A stretch of DNA of 64,000 nt from Cyanophora paradoxa CCMP329 (GCA_004431415.1 QPMI01000265.1:1-64000), one strand, 5' to 3'. Counted from the first letter of the stretch, positions 15,201-31,385 are shown. Translations and numbers: made by a program. Notes: generated from the letters alone by a model not told the origin.

Positions 15201-15349
15201 TCGCTCTGTGACACTGTTGCTGACTTTTGGTTTAGCTGGAACGGGAGGAGGCCCTCATTCTTCGGGAGCTTGGAGCGCGGCATGGAGTGGATTCAGCAGT
15301 CCTTGAGAGCCATCAGAGCTTCATGCGGATGGGAATTCGTATCAACTAG
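9277..15349 (+). CDS. ADCY10: Soluble adenylyl cyclase type 10-like: two class III cyclase domains + P-loop (STAND) NTPase + helical/TPR tail, many short introns
   Basis: C1 motifs LFADISGFT and FGGDVVKFAGDAL. C2 motifs GSVNKFLVDDKG, HEDDPARAV, EYTIMGDVV|NLAARLMQ. Walker A GDAGSGKS and Walker B LLIIDDAQYMD. Last exon LEREEALILRELG...RIN* ends at 15349. Confidence 0.88.
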
Positions 15350-15385
15350 ACCTGCAGCGATCCCAAGCTCTACTCGTGATCGCTG

Positions 15386-15513
15386 CGTTCAGCGTAGACA
15401 GAGCTAGCTAGCTGTGTACTACGCCTGTCTGGGCTACGCATAGGAAGGTGCGGCCCTCGCCGTTGCCGGCCCGGCCGTTCCCCCCGAGGCCCGTAAGGGG
15501 AGTGTCCGAATGC
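15386..15513. mobile_element. Short member of the 3'-end-associated repeat family, between the convergent sAC and IDI stop codons
   Basis: Closely matches the reverse complement of 26035-26180 (cgttcagcgtagac...ctacgcctgtctgggctac...aggaaggtgcggccctcgcc...cgtaaggggagt). Ends in gtgtccgaatgc (15502-15513). Confidence 0.75.
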
Positions 15514-15518
15514 TACGT

Positions 15519-16480
<962 letters not shown>

Positions 16481-16782
16481 CGTTCCAAGGCCTGCGCGAG
16501 GTTGCGCGTGCACTAGGCCGCGCGTAACACTTCTAGACCTTGCTAGAGCTGCGAGGCTGCGGGGCGCTGCGAACAGACGGCGCATACGACGTAGTACCCC
16601 AGGGATCAAATTCGCCCTTGGATCTGCGCGGGCCTGCGTGTGGACGCAACATCGCGCAGCACCATCGCGCGATCGTTCTACCGTCGGCTAGTAAGGAGCG
16701 GCAACGCGCGAGATCGAGATCGGAAACCAGCTAGCGCTGGCGAGGCGTGTGGCTTCACGCCGCACTCGTGCAGCCGCTAGCT

Positions 16783-18232
<1,450 letters not shown>

Positions 18233-18237
18233 CAAGA

Positions 18238-18274
18238 TAGCCCGGACTTGCGTTTTTAGTACGTGTCCAAATGC
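18238..18274 (-). mobile_element. Terminal arm fragment of the MITE-like family, 5 nt after the DHPS stop
   Basis: Its reverse complement gcatttggacacgtactaaaaacgcaagtccgggcta matches 30281-30317 and 49220-49256. Confidence 0.75.
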
Positions 18275-18399
18275 TTGGCCAACCGCCTCAAAACGCAAGT
18301 AGGAGTGTGTTGCCCCCTTTCTCCAGTAGAACGTAGATGGTGAGCACAGGAGTCCTCATCTGGATAGTGCTTTCAGTGAGTTCTCCAATGATATCGGCG

Positions 18400-18530
18400 T
18401 CGCAACGTTAACTCTGATTCGTTCTGATTCCGATCGCAACGTTAACTCTAATTCCGATCGTAATCGCAACTCTGATTCCGATCGTAATCGCAACTCTGAT
18501 TAGGATTAGGTAGGCAACTCCGTAATCGTA
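18400..18530. repeat. Imperfect tandem repeat, ~23-bp unit (aactctgattccgatcgtaatcgc)
   Basis: Three to four visible copies. Shares the atcgtaatcgc core with the array at 30728-31005. Confidence 0.7.
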
Positions 18531-18986
18531 ATTCTGGGGGGGGTAGGCTCGCGAAAATTTCATATTCTCGCGCGCGAAAGCTACATATTCCGTGCACCCA
18601 GGCCAGGAAAGTCCTGCTTAGTTCATCTTCCTGCTCTCCTGCGCTCCTGCGCTCTTCAATCCGACGGATCCGGATCCGGAGCCCAAGGGAGCTGACGCCA
18701 TCGATCGCGATATCCCGTACCCAGCAGCGGCCCCCCTCCTGGGCATCAACCCCCGGCCTCGGCCTCCCCGCAATTGCAACTGGCTTGAACTCGCCCCAAA
18801 GCACTTGCTTTAGACAGTTGGGAACAGAGTAGGCGCGTAGCGCCTTGAAGCTGTGCAGAATTAAGCGTATTTCCTGTCAATTTTCACGCACTGCAGCAAG
18901 TACCCCCCCTCTACCGACCGCCACCGGCGGGTAACAGTCAGCGGGCCCACCGACCGGGTGGGGGTTGAGGTGGACTGTGCGCAGCC

Positions 18987-21900
18987 CTAGTCCCCAATCT
19001 CCTCATCGATTTCTCCATCATCTTGTCGGCCACTCGGCTCCTCTGCTACAGGCGCCACACCGACAGCCCGGTGAATCTCGTTGACCATCTCTGCATCGAG
19101 GTACGGAGAAAGAATGATCCTAAGAAAACGAGAGAAAGCATCAGCCAGGGGCAAAACTCATGCGGGAGGGGTAAGCGCTGACTTCCTGTCCCTCATTCGC
19201 TCAATGAGCTGGTAAGCATTGGGGTAGTCCTGCTGGCCAGCATAAAACTCGATAAGGAGGGCAAACACATCGCCAACACGAAGTGCAAGCTGCAGGCAGG
19301 TCAGTGAGATACCAAAACTGCCCAATGAATGACACAGACCTCAATGTCAGGCTGTTCTAGTAAACTTGAACATATTCTCTGCATTTCCTGGGGGTCGCTC
19401 TTCACAAGCTTGCGAGCCTGGCAGAACTTTTCCACCATGTTAATACGATGCTGGAGGCCCGCCAGTCGATCGTCAACACCCTTGCCCTTGCTCAGGTATT
19501 TGTGGGCCTCTTTCAGAGCATCCCTGGCCTTTTCGTAGTCCCTGTACTCATCAATTTCAACTTGAGCACATGCATCGTAGAAGCTGGCGAGGCTGTCCCA
19601 GCTGTGCGCCTGGACATAGAGATGAGTACAACAATTAGAAAAAAGAGAAACGGATGCTGACTTTGGAGTAGAAGTTGATGATTGATTTCATGATCTCCGG
19701 GTCATTGTGCCAGTCCAAAGTTTGCAGGTAGTTTGCAGCCAAGATGTAGATTTCTTTCTGTCGAGAGACACCTGTGCACAATACATTTGAGATTAAAGAA
19801 GAACATGTCTTGAGGAGAAGTACCTGCAAAGAAAATGATCTTCTCTGTGTCTGCTGACTTCAGAAGGCACTTCATCGCCTTGATTCGATTGCCTGCCTGG
19901 GTGTACTTCTTGCATGCCAAATGGAAGGAACCTTGGCGCTTGCAGCACTTTGCAATCTTCATCAAGATGGCAGTCCTGTAAGCAGAGTCGCCCTCTCCCT
20001 CCGGCTTTGGAGGTGTCATCTTCTCAGCCATGTCCTCGGTGATTTTCACGTTGTGTGATTCGCACAGTGCAAGTGCCTGCATCGTGATTTTAGGCAACTG
20101 TTAACAAGCAGGTTTACTTGGAGAGGTAGGAACCTTTTCAGCCTGCCCACTGCTGACAAAAAGGTGAGCTGCCTTTTCGAACTGCCCGTGCTCCAGGAAG
20201 TAGTTCGCACAACGGGCAAGCATCTCTGGGTCGGTCTCGGCTCCAAGATCGTCCGCTGTGAAGCATTTCATCACGGAAGAATCGCTTGATGGGGCAGATG
20301 AAAATAATTACCAAGTGATCGGAGAGAATCGAAAAGCTGAGAGCGGAAAGCCAGGTCCAGCGCCCGTGGGACGTTGCCGCCTTTCTGATAGAGGAGAACC
20401 GCTTTCTCGTACACCCCCTTCTCCTCGAAATAGCGCCCAGACTCGGTCATCAGGCGCTGGTTGCCACTCTCGAGAGCCAGCCGAAGGATTTCCCCATCCA
20501 TGCCGTTCTCCTTGCACAATCGAACAGCATGGTTGTGGCGACCAGCAAGCGAGAAGTACTCGATTGCCTCGCGAATTTGATTGTGGTTCTCTAGTTGGCG
20601 GGCGAGATGGTATGCCGCAGCGCTGTTTGACGTCTCCTTCACAATCTCAGCAGCCTGGCGTGCTGTGAGAATCAAGGTGAAGTAATTGTCGCAAATTGTG
20701 TCACCTTTGCAAAGTCCTTTCTGAAGCAGAAGACGCGAACTAGCGAAAGGTAGTCCTTGGCCTTCTGGTAGAAGTGAAGAGCTTGGTCAAATGACACGTT
20801 GCTTTCGCAGTACTGTGCCCACCACTTGATGAGCTCCTGTCAAAATGTTATTAAGGGCAAAATCGAGGCAAGAAGCAAAGCACGAGCCTTGTCATCAGAT
20901 GACGTGCAGTAGCGCTCCAATTCATCAACGAGCTGCATGTCGAACAGCATCCTGGGAACCTCGTATCGATGGTTTTCAGAAATCTGGTACTCTTTGATGG
21001 CCTTGGCGGTCTCCCCAATCGATTCTAGATACTTTGCAAAGTTATAGTGTGTGGTTCTCAGATGAATCCGGTCATGCTTTTCGGCAAGTTGAACTGCTTT
21101 TTCCCACTGCCCGCTTGCCTGAAAGTTGCTCAGGCACGGGAAGTAGTGAACGAGGCACTCATGCTTACCTGATACATGCGATTGAGCAAATCGTATCGCT
21201 TGCACTCTGCGTAGAGCTTCTCTGCGTCCTCAAGCAGACCTTTGGGGTGTCATCAAGTGGCTTCGGAGTATCAGAGAATCATCAAGTCCTACCAAGCTGG
21301 ATGGCTACCATGGCAACCCTTGCTTCCAGCTCCGGTTCACTTTTTGCCTGCCGAGCAGGAGTTGAGGAGAGAAGCATGGGTGGAGAGCAGAATGCAGGGT
21401 CGTAGACTGTGTTCGATGTACCTCCCTCACAGCACGAGCTCTGCATGCGATTCAGCATTTGTGGGAAGAAAAATTCAGAAGGTCAAGCGCACCCTCGGGC
21501 ATGTCCCATGTTCCCAAGACAAACCTCTGCCACGTCTAGACGCATGGTTTTGACACACATCTTTGCCATGTTCTCCCACACCGCCGCATTATCAATCGTT
21601 TTCACAGACTGCGAGAGAGCAATCAATGGGCCTTTCCTTCCGAGGTTGGTCAGCATATCATACCTTGTATGCCTCGTCCATATTGCCGCATGTTAATTGG
21701 TAGCTGAAGTTCAGAAGTGCGTCTCGTGTGGTATCGTCCGCATTCTCCATCCCGATGAAGTCCCTCAGAACACGGAACCCAAGCCGTGAAGTTGCCCCGC
21801 CATCGTCACTTGTACCCTGAATCTCGCCTTGTGAGCAACAAGCTCCCCCCCCCCTCCCCCCTCTCAAAAAAATAGTAAATGAGAACCTTCGTCATGAAGT

Positions 21901-24900
21901 ACAGGTATGGGACTTGTACGCCAATCAGAGTGTCGAGCTCTTTTGCAAGAGCAAAGCTATCTTGCTTCCGAAGACCGAAGTCCGGACTTGCAAACAGTGT
22001 AGCGATCTGTATACGATGAGAACAAGAAACTTTGAATTGAATCGAACTAACCTCAATTTCAGGCTCTGGGAGACCTAGAAACGCAAGAATGAGATAAATG
22101 ACAGCAAACCAGAACTGTCCCGTTCTCACCATCTGTCTGGGCACCCTTCCCCCGCAGCTTCCTTGTTTCACAGCCCAAAAGTTTTGTCTCCGTTGGATCC
22201 CAGAAGTGAGTTGTGGGCTGGAGGACTGTCAGCACTGCTTTTGAGACGCAGAGGTCAACGGGAGCATGTACATAGCGCTTTGGACCGAACTCGAATGTCT
22301 CAAAAGAATCCGTCTCGCCTTCGTAAACAAACAGTCTCGAGTCTGGCCTGCGAATACCCGATGCTGCACGAAAACAATTCAGTGTCTGTAAGAGCTCAGG
22401 GGGCGAATGTCCCGGTTCAGAGACCAACCTGATGTCGCAAGTGCAAGAATGCTCACGCGGTTACCTGCACAGTTGATTTTGATGGATGCAATCGTGCCCA
22501 ACGGCTTGTCCCTAGAGCACAGCAGCCAAGTTCAGCAAGTGGTTTTCTTTTCTTCAAATACCTGAGAGGACGTACCCCTCTGTAAAGCGACGTGCATAAA
22601 TCTGCTTCGGCTCCTTGCGACTCACATTCCACACCTTGATGAAGCCATTCTTGGTCGCCTGCAGGCCCATTAAATTCTGCATCGAATGATGGTTCGTATA
22701 AGAATTTTCTGTAACACACCGCTGCAAGGAAAACTTGAGGAATGGTTGCAGTTGGAGAAGTCGAAGAGGCACTCGATGGCGAGCCCGAGATATCGAGATG
22801 GGTCGGATCCCCCTCCAGATCCGAGAACGAGATGGACTGAGTAACGCTTCCCTGGAAATTACATATCTCGATGCGCGATCCCACTGCCATGAAGAGTCTT
22901 TCCGACTCAATTGCGACTGCTTGGCAAGCTTTCGCGATCACTTGCAGATTTGATGCTTGGCCTGCCGAAAGTCAATCAGACTGGCACAGTTGATTACCAG
23001 AGCATACTCGCCTTCCCGTAGCTCGTAAACTTCAATCTTCTTGTTATTCCATACTGCTATATGCCGTGCTGTCAGATCTAGACCCCCGATCCGCATGCTT
23101 GGCTTGAGCAGTGCTGCCTGCTTTGCGATTGAGGACCACACGGTACCAGTGGACAAGCCAGATCTCACCTTCCCACCCAATCGCTCTACAAGAACCTTGT
23201 CGGAGCCAACTTGCATGGCCGCAGTACCTGGACAAGAATTAGAATGCCAAACATGTGCAAAGCGAGTTCAAGACACACGGCTGCGGAAGCGACGATAGAG
23301 GGTCCCCTCGTTCAGCATGAGCACTGTTTGACAACGTCAACTATGGCGCAGCAAAATGCAATGCAGAAAAACCGACCTTGATCGGAAAGTGCAGCCGCCA
23401 GAGTCAGGTCACCTGGTCCCCACTGCACATCCTTCACGCTTGACTGAGAGCCAAGATCCGTGCATGGCATTGCCTACAGGCCGTGTCATGAGTGAGGCAG
23501 AGCTCTTTATTAAAACGGACCTCCCACTTCAGTGATTGATCTTCGCCACCGGTGGAATCGTCACCGGTATTCCGCCACATCACCACCCGCCCATCGCGGG
23601 TGCCGCCTGTGAGCGTTGTCACCATATTGCCTGGCAATGTTGCAAGTAGATTCAAGCGCAAACCGGCCATGACGCCCTTCCGAGGATTGTAGCTAAGGCT
23701 TTGCACGCGATCAGTGCTGACCTTCACAACATGGCCTGGATCTGAGCATCGTGGTCAGGATCCAGCTACTCAGACTGTCACGTCATCCAAACCTGCCAAA
23801 CTCAGAGCGAACGCCTCCTCTGCCTCCAAGTTGAAGAGGCGAACGACGCTTTCGTTTGTCGCAACAGCAAGTACTCCAGGCCCGGCCCAGCAGGTCCCCA
23901 TGATCGAAGATCCTTCAGCGGCCGCATTCAGTTTGAACTGAGACAGGTATCAGTTGCAGTGATTAGGGACGGTTGCCACATCTGCCTTTTGAATCTGGTT
24001 GCACTTGTTGTCGACGATGCGGAAATGCGCCAAATATAAGTTCTTCGTGATTGCGACAACCTGCTCCTTCTCCTCGTGGTACAGGAGAGCCGCTAGAGGG
24101 GAGCCCAGCGAGAAGGCCTCAGCGCACGACCCCTTCTCGTCTGCAAGATACACGACGCCCTGCTCGCCTCCAAATAGGAAAACAGGAGAGGCGGCCTCGC
24201 TGCAGCAGTTGGCGATTCAGACATGCACACGGGAAAAGAGATGAAGGAAACCGCACCCGGCAGCAGCATCCCCTCCCTGTGGCTTCGAGCGAAAGATGCA
24301 GTGCGTCATCGCTCCGGTTTTCTGGTATTGATTCTTCAGACTCAAGCGCTTTTGCGTTCCGTCCCAGATGGCGAACTTGCCCGACTTGAAAGAGAGAGCA
24401 GGACATTAGTTTGAAGCAGGGCACGTCGCAGCTATGGCCCCGCACCTGATCTACCGTACTCAACCGAGTACCGTCACTGCTCCAGCAAATCGCAAGGATG
24501 GGGCTCGTATGCACGGACGTGTCCTCGGACTGCCGATCAGTCCAGTAGGAAACGGCGCCTGCAACACGTTGCGTGACTGGTGTTGTCGCAGGAAGGACAT
24601 GTACGTCAGCTTTTACCATCTTTCCATCCTATCGCAAGGTGCTTCAGCGTCGGGTGCCATGCCACGGCCGTCGCATCGCAATTGCGCCGGATTTGGAATT
24701 CCTCGATGCGCTCGCCCTGAATGATGCGCATTAGCCAGGGTTCAAACATCACACGTAGGGCGCGCGCGTACGAACCTCCTCTGAGTAGACGCTGACGACG
24801 CCGGCAGACGAGACGGCCACGTACGGGAGAAGCGGCGACCATCCAAGCGCAGCTTCAGGCGCGGAGCAAGTAATGTCAGAGCTGTCAGCGGACTGCGGCA

Positions 24901-24966
24901 GGCACGCGCACCAGTTTCGCCGCGCGTCGGCGCAGCGAGACGTTCAAATTGGAAGTATGAGCTCAT
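18987..24966 (-). CDS. IFT140: Intraflagellar transport protein 140 (IFT-A; WD40 + TPR), many introns
   Basis: N-terminal WD40 segments. [76 protein letters not shown]. Acidic C-terminus EIDEEIGD*. Confidence 0.95.
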
Positions 24967-25685
24967 AGCTGTTCAGCAACCGGCTTTAGCTACGTTAGCT
25001 ACTGAGCTGCTCCGTGCGGCGTGCTCATGAACAGTTTGCCTCAAGAAGATCTTGGCACGCCAAGCTGAGTCTGCCCTCACCGAAGACAGCTGTTTCTGTG
25101 AGAGTGTACCCCCTGTTTGCCTGTCGGTAGGGACGGTGCTTGCAAGGAAGCAGCTTGCGTTCAAGGTGCATTTTCGGGTGTTTAAGCGAAGCTTGTCAAG
25201 CTGGCAAGGTGCTCAAGGCAAGGCGCAAGCTGCTGCCATACAAAAGTTTTGTATGGGAGCGGCATATATGCATGGTATACGTATCATATATAGTATATAC
25301 GTATACGTCACGGCGTAGCCCCCCCCTGTCCGGCTGTGCACGTGTATTGGTGGAAACTTTTGTAAAAGTTCGGGGCTCATGCACATTGATAACACTGGCA
25401 TACTAGCGCTGCGGACAACGCGAGCTAGAAGCGGCGCCGGCGGTGCTACGTATATACCTACGGGGGCGAGAAGCCGCGAACGACGCAGGCAGGGCCCTCT
25501 GAAGGGGGGCCGGCGGGCGTGCACTCCCCCTGGGGTTCCTGAAGGGGGGCGTGCACTCCCCCTAGGCCTAGGCCCTGGGGTTCCCCCTGTAGGTGTCCAC
25601 TCTGTACGGGGCTCATGCGCACATGCACTGGCCCGGAATTCGAAATACATGTTCCGAATTCGAAGTTCTAGCTAGCACTAGCACT

Positions 25686-25770
25686 AGAGCCCGTGGATTG
25701 CTCGCGAACACTGCTAGTCCGAACAGCTACTGGTCTAGTTCAGATAACGCGTGTGTGTATCTGAAATGCA
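25686..25770 (+). repeat. Dispersed repeat, copy 1 (copy 2 at 31386-31450)
   Basis: agagcccRtggattgctc..cgaacactgctagtccgaacagctactggtctagt...ctgaaatgca occurs twice in direct orientation. Confidence 0.8.
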
Positions 25771-26034
25771 GCAGTGCGTGCGTGTGTGCGTATACACGCG
25801 TACGCGTTCCTACGCACACGGATTGGACCAACGGCGCGCTCTAAGAAGCACGCATGCGCAGGAACAGTGACTGAGCCTAGTGAGTGCGGCCGAGTGACCG
25901 AGCCTAGTGAGTGCGGCCGCGGGCCATCGCGATCGATATATCGGATTCGGATCCGAATCAGGCCGCTCGAGCTCGAATTTTACCCCATTACTTTTATTTC
26001 GATCTGAACCTAGGCCTCGACCTTGGCCCTGCGG

Positions 26035-26180
26035 GGCTGGAGCGTTACTCCCCTTACGACCTTCGGAGAGAATGGCTGGGCCAGCAATGGCGAGGGCCGC
26101 ACCTTCCTATTTGTAGCCCAGACAGGCGTAGGTCACAGATGCAGCTAGCTAGCCGCTAGCTTGCGTGTCTACGCTGAACG
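26035..26180 (-). mobile_element. Member of the 3'-end-associated repeat family, beginning 4 nt after the HAUS4 stop
   Basis: Homologous to 15386-15500 (inverted) and 34728-34774 (direct). Confidence 0.75.
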
Positions 26181-26184
26181 TTTT

Positions 26185-27492
26185 CTACGAACTACACAGG
26201 GACTCCAGGGCGAACTCCTGGTGCTCGAGTGACTCCTGAAGCTGGGTGTACTCGTCCACCAGGGCACGGAATTCGGACCCGATGCCCTCAAACTGAGAAA
26301 GTCTTTGCGAGGCCCCCTCATGGGCATCCCTGGCACGCTGAAGACGCTCATTGAGAAGAGTGCTGAGGAAATGAGGGGGAAGAAAAGAATTATTCAAAGA
26401 AGGACAAGCGATTAGCTGCACAGCTGCACACCGGATGCGTCGAAGGGCAGGGACAGTCTCCTTTGTGTAGGTGTCCACTCTGTACTGGTTCTTGACAACT
26501 CTGCGATAATTATCGTCTTGTTGAAGGCAATAGGCAGTTTTGAAAATTTAAAAGCAGCACGCACGTAAGCTTCAAGGCTGTGATATCGCACTTCGCCTCT
26601 AGGAGCCGCAATTCAAGATCCTCATGCTTCGGCCAGCTCTGAACCCGAAGAATCATGCCGACGTTCAGAAGGCATTCCAGCGTGGCTTCATCAGCTGCTC
26701 TAAGCCGGGCTCGTTCGGCCTGCCGGGCTTCATGCACTTTTCGAAGACGGGTTCTCTCAGCATCCCGCCTTCTTTTTAATGCCAGCGCCATTGCACTAAG
26801 CTGCTGACCCAGATCTCCACCGCGCACCGATGCACTTTGAAACGTGCCTTCAATTTTGGGGAGAGCAATGAGCGATGGGCATATGAAATAACAACTCCAG
26901 ATCCGATACCTGGAAGTGAGCTGTCCTCGAGGAAACTCAGAGCACTTTCACTCGTTGCTTTTAGAAGTGCACAAACTGATTTCGTAATGATAGCGCATCC
27001 TGCATCCAGATCCTGCGGGCGACTATATTCAGCTGGATCATAACTATCGGAGTTGCATGTGCCACGCACTTTGCCCTGCAAAGCTGTCCTCATGTGGAGC
27101 TGCTCTAGAAAAGCACGTTCGACCCCGAGAACAGTCACAGTCTGCCCGCTGTCCGCCGGCGCATCTGCATTTCTAGTCTCCGAACAGCGGCAGCGCGAGC
27201 ACTGGGGCCGCAGACCGACAGGCAGGGGCAGCTCAAGCTGACTGATCGCCGAGACCACAGTGAGAAGCTTCCCAAACGAGTGCAACGCCTGCCCCGACGT
27301 CGTCAGTGTGCGACGGAGGACTGCCGTCGCAACCAGCACCTGCGTCTGCGCCCGGCCCTTGACGGCGCGCTCAGAGCTCTCGTCACCTCTGGCCTCGACC
27401 AGCGCTTCTTTGATGAATTCGAGGAGGACAGCGGCCTCCAGGAAACGCACACGTGAGCGGCGCTCGGCTTCCAGAGCGCCCGCCAGCTCCAT
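26185..27492 (-). CDS. HAUS4: HAUS augmin-like complex subunit 4 (start uncertain)
   Basis: C-terminal DTYTKETVPALRRI...RLSQFEGIGSEFRALVDEYTQLQESLEHQEFAL resembles the HAUS4/AUG4 coiled-coil signature. Confidence 0.7.
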
Positions 27493-27841
27493 GGGCGTGC
27501 ACGTCTAGATGCAGAAAGCAGTATCTCTGCCCTTCTGAGCGCTTCTGAAGCGCCGTTTGGAATAAGCTGAAGCGCGCCGGGGCGCTGGACCGAACGCCAA
27601 ACTACACTTCTCCACCTAGTACCCCTGTCCAGAATTCGAATTCGGCGGGAGCGCACCAGTCCCTACAGCCCGTCCCTGCGCCGCGCGCGCTCTAGTCTGG
27701 GGAGGCGCATATCGTTAGGCGCATCGGCCAGCGCCGCGACGCAGTTCGTTAGCCGGATCGGCCAGCGCCGCGAAGATCAGCGGGCCGGCCGGCACAGCGC
27801 GGAAGTTCCCGCCATTCCTCCTCCAGCCCAAGCGATCCGAA

Positions 27842-30260
27842 ATGTCTTCGGAAGGGGACTTGATTGCCGAGTGTCGCCGTAAGCTCGGCCTGGAGCTATC
27901 GCCGGACTCGGAGCTGCTGACAGCGTGTACGTCGTTCCAGGCACTTAGCCAGCCGCCCATCACTTGATCTAAAACCCCCGTCGCAGGCGCGAAGGTCTGC
28001 CGCGCGGTTGGTATCGGGGCACGGCAGCTAGCGATGGAGCTCGAGACTTACTCCATGAACAATCTGGGTGGAGACAACAACAAATTGGCGGCGAAGCACG
28101 TGGATGCACTTCGCTCAGCACTGGAGAGCAAGGCCAAAAGCAAATCGCTGCCCGCAACCACCACGCGGCCAGTGCGTTCAGGCTTGTGCATGCTTACGCG
28201 TGCTGCATGTTGATTGCACTCGCCAGGCGAAACTGTCTCGTCCCAGTTCCGATGTTTCTCAGAGTCCAGAACAGGAAGAGCGGCCAGCTAAGCGTTTCGC
28301 ACCCGTCAGCCCTGAGCAGCCTTCCCGGGCTGCGGTGGAATCATCCAGCGTTACTCGGTGCACAAAATTGCTCAATCGTAACTGTCCGCCCAGACACCCT
28401 CTGAACGTGTACGCATAGTGAGGCCCTGGTTGACACCTTCAAGGAGCGCAAGAAGGGCGTTGTTGTCGTCAAACTCCATGAACACCTCTCAGAGAACCTA
28501 AAGGACGACAGCAATGCCTCGTTTGAGGTTATCCCTTCTTTTCTTCGTGACTTGGTCTATCTCGCGTTGACTAGCAAGTTTTGCAGGTGAACACACTTGG
28601 GGTTCAACTGGAGGCTTGCCCGAAGTTCATGTTCGAGCCCCCGGTGGACCGTGTCAACAGTGAGCTGCAGCTGTTGTATGCATGATTTTTAATGTTTTGC
28701 GAACTGAAATTCGCTTGCAGAGCTTCAACAGCGCCTGATGTCCGTTTCACAAATGCTAATAGAGAACGCTCGCTCTGGCGATGGCGATGAACAGAAAAGT
28801 GTGGAGGCTCTTGACAAACCTGTTCAAGATGCCGTGCTAGTGCGTGGCAGGATCGCGTGCGACGGAGAAGGTCGCCCTACTGCACAGTCCTTGCTTTTGC
28901 AAGATAAAATCGCTTCTGTGCCCCTCGATGTTTCAGCAGTACCAGCATTCGCCTTGTTTCCTGGACAAGTGGTGGTCGTGGAGGGCATCAATCCAACAGG
29001 TCGCAAGATTTACGCATCCAAAATCCATAATGTGCTTTTTCTCGCGTTCTCGGCAAGAATTTTGTCTTGACGAAATGCAGGACTGTGGTCTTCAGAATGA
29101 CGAGGACGCCAAGGTGGAACTGCAGCATGGTATTCGAGTGGTTGCTGCAGCTGGTCCATTTACGACTTCTGCAAACGAGGAGTATGATCCTTTGTTCGAG
29201 CTGCTTGAGACAGCCCGCGAGTTTAAGCCCCACGTGCTTTTGCTGGTTTGCTGATTTGTCTTGACTTTGACGAAGTACCCAATATTAATCAGACCCGTCA
29301 TGTGATTTCAGATGGGTCCTTTCATTGACGTTCAGCATCCAAGTGTCCGGGACTCTACCTTGGAGTTGTCTTTTGCTGACCTCTTCCAGCAGGTGTGTTG
29401 AGCTAACCGTGTGCACTTTTGGACGAACTTTATTGCTCAAGCTGTATGCCAGAATGTTGCCGACAAGCTGGAGAAATTCGTCTCCAGGGCCCCGGAATAT
29501 ACACGTGTCTTCATCATGCCTTCCACTCGGGATGCCTTGCACCCCTTCCCTTTCCCGCAGCCTCCCCTGGATAAGGAAAATTTGTCTCTCTCCATCCCTT
29601 CCTCGGTACACAGATACCATTTTTAAATGCTTGTGGGAGACTTGACTCTTACTCAGGTCACGTGCATCCCCAATCCGTGCACCCTGGAAATCGCTGGCAC
29701 AAAACTCTGCATTGGTGCATGTTCGCAAGATGTCATCTTTGCCTTGAATCGGGAGGAGCTCGCAGTGTAAGTGATCGATAACATTCCAATGCTCACATTA
29801 ACTTCTTTATTTCCCTGCCTAGTGCCGGTGATGGCATTCCTGCGGACAAACTGGGCCGCCTGGCAAAACATCTGGTTGCCCAAAGAAGGTGCCACCAACA
29901 ATTAGTGGGAGACAATGAGCTCTAACGAGGGGATCACAGCTACTTCCCACTGCACCCTGGGCCTCCTGACACTGCTGTGAACGTGGCTCGGAGTGAAATG
30001 TACTCGATGCCACGAACCCCGAATATTTTAATTCTTCCCTCCGACCTTGCGCATTTTGCCAAGGTCTGGTCCTCTCCTGTCTCCAGATGATGGACTCCGA
30101 CTGATCGCCTCTGCAGCGCATCAATGACAGCACTGTGTGCTTGAATCCAGGCCGTTTGGCGAAGGGCACAGGTGGCGGGACCTTTGCCAAGATCGTTGTG
30201 CATCCGACAAAAGATGCACCAATAGCTGACAGTGTTAGAGTTGACGTGGTTCGAGTGTGA
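27842..30260 (+). CDS. POLA2: DNA polymerase alpha subunit B
   Basis: GRIACDGEG, FALFPGQVVVVEGINPTG, VVAAAGPFTT, LLL|MGPFID, PSTRDALHP, PNILILPSDLAHFAK, CLNPGRLAKGTGGGTFA, VRVDVVRV*. Confidence 0.93.
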
Positions 30261-30280
30261 TGAGGGTTGACCTTCATTTC

Positions 30281-31089
30281 GCATTTGGACACGCACTAAA
30301 ACTCAGGTCCGGGCTACAAGTGTGGGAATGTACACTGCGGCGGCCGCGGCCGCGGGCCCAGCTGCAGCCCACCAGCGAACTGGTCGGCCGAGCCCTGCGT
30401 GGCCCCCTAAGGAGAGTAATGCGCCTCCCCGCGGACACTCTGGCTAGCTATAGCTGCATGTGCCCGCGCGGCGTGGTGCTGCATGGCGTCTTGTGGCGGC
30501 GGGGGTCGTCTCGGGGTGGTGGCAGGGGGGGCGCCCCTACGGGCCAGGGGGGCCCTGGGGGGGCCGACATGGAGTAACTGAGTCAGCCTGCGGACGGGTG
30601 GCCAAAAAGGGGGTCAGATCGAAATCGAAAACTATTGACATCCAAATCAAAGCAAACGGGGCCGGGGCGCACTCGATCGACGAGCCTCGATCGATCGACG
30701 AAAGCAAACGGGGGCGCACTCGAGATAGACGTCCTAATCGTAATTATAATCGCAATTTAATCGCACTGCGGCAGATCAAGGACGTCCTATAGCTAATCGT
30801 AATCGCAATCGCCGATCAAGGACGCCCTAATCGTAATCGCAGATCATCGGATCAAAGCTAAGACGCCCTAATCGTAATCAAAAACATCCGATCCTAATCG
30901 TTATCGCAATCGCAGATATCGACCAAGGACGCCCTAATGGTAATCGCAGATCAAGGATGCCCGACCCAAGCTCAGTCATCCAACCCCCAATCGTAATCGC
31001 AGATCAAAGGCCAACTTTCGTCCATCTGCAGTGTACGTATACATTCCCACACTTAGCTTGTAGCCCTGACTTGCGTTTCTAGTACGTGT
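30281..31089. mobile_element. MITE-like element with ~50-60-bp imperfect terminal inverted repeats and an internal minisatellite
   Basis: Left arm 30281-30338 and right arm 31027-31089 are inverted homologues. 30281-30590 is homologous to 49220-49530. Internal ~28-bp tandem unit gacgccctaatcgtaatcgcagatcaag at 30728-31005. No TSD identified. Confidence 0.75.
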
Positions 31090-31385
31090 TGATATCCTGG
31101 GGCCGGGATTGGGCAAGACTCATAGCATATAGCTATAGTGCTAACCAGCCGGTGGCCAGCTGCAGCCAGGGGGGGCTACCACCCAGAAGGGGTACAGAAA
31201 CAGGGGAAATTGGCTACGGAATTCGAAGGGTCATCCCGGGTGTAAATCATGTGAATTTGGGCCTCAAAAGAGTGTCACTGAGTCAAGTTGACGTTCAGGT
31301 GACTGCAAGCATGTTTCGACCCCTTAGATTCGATTACGACCCCTCGGTTTCGATTTCGATCTCGACATCGAGTTGCCTATCCGAG

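Noticed and set aside
30728-31005. CRISPR-like array (also 18400-18530)
   Set aside because: Degenerate tandem units without unique spacers, no cas genes, eukaryotic context.
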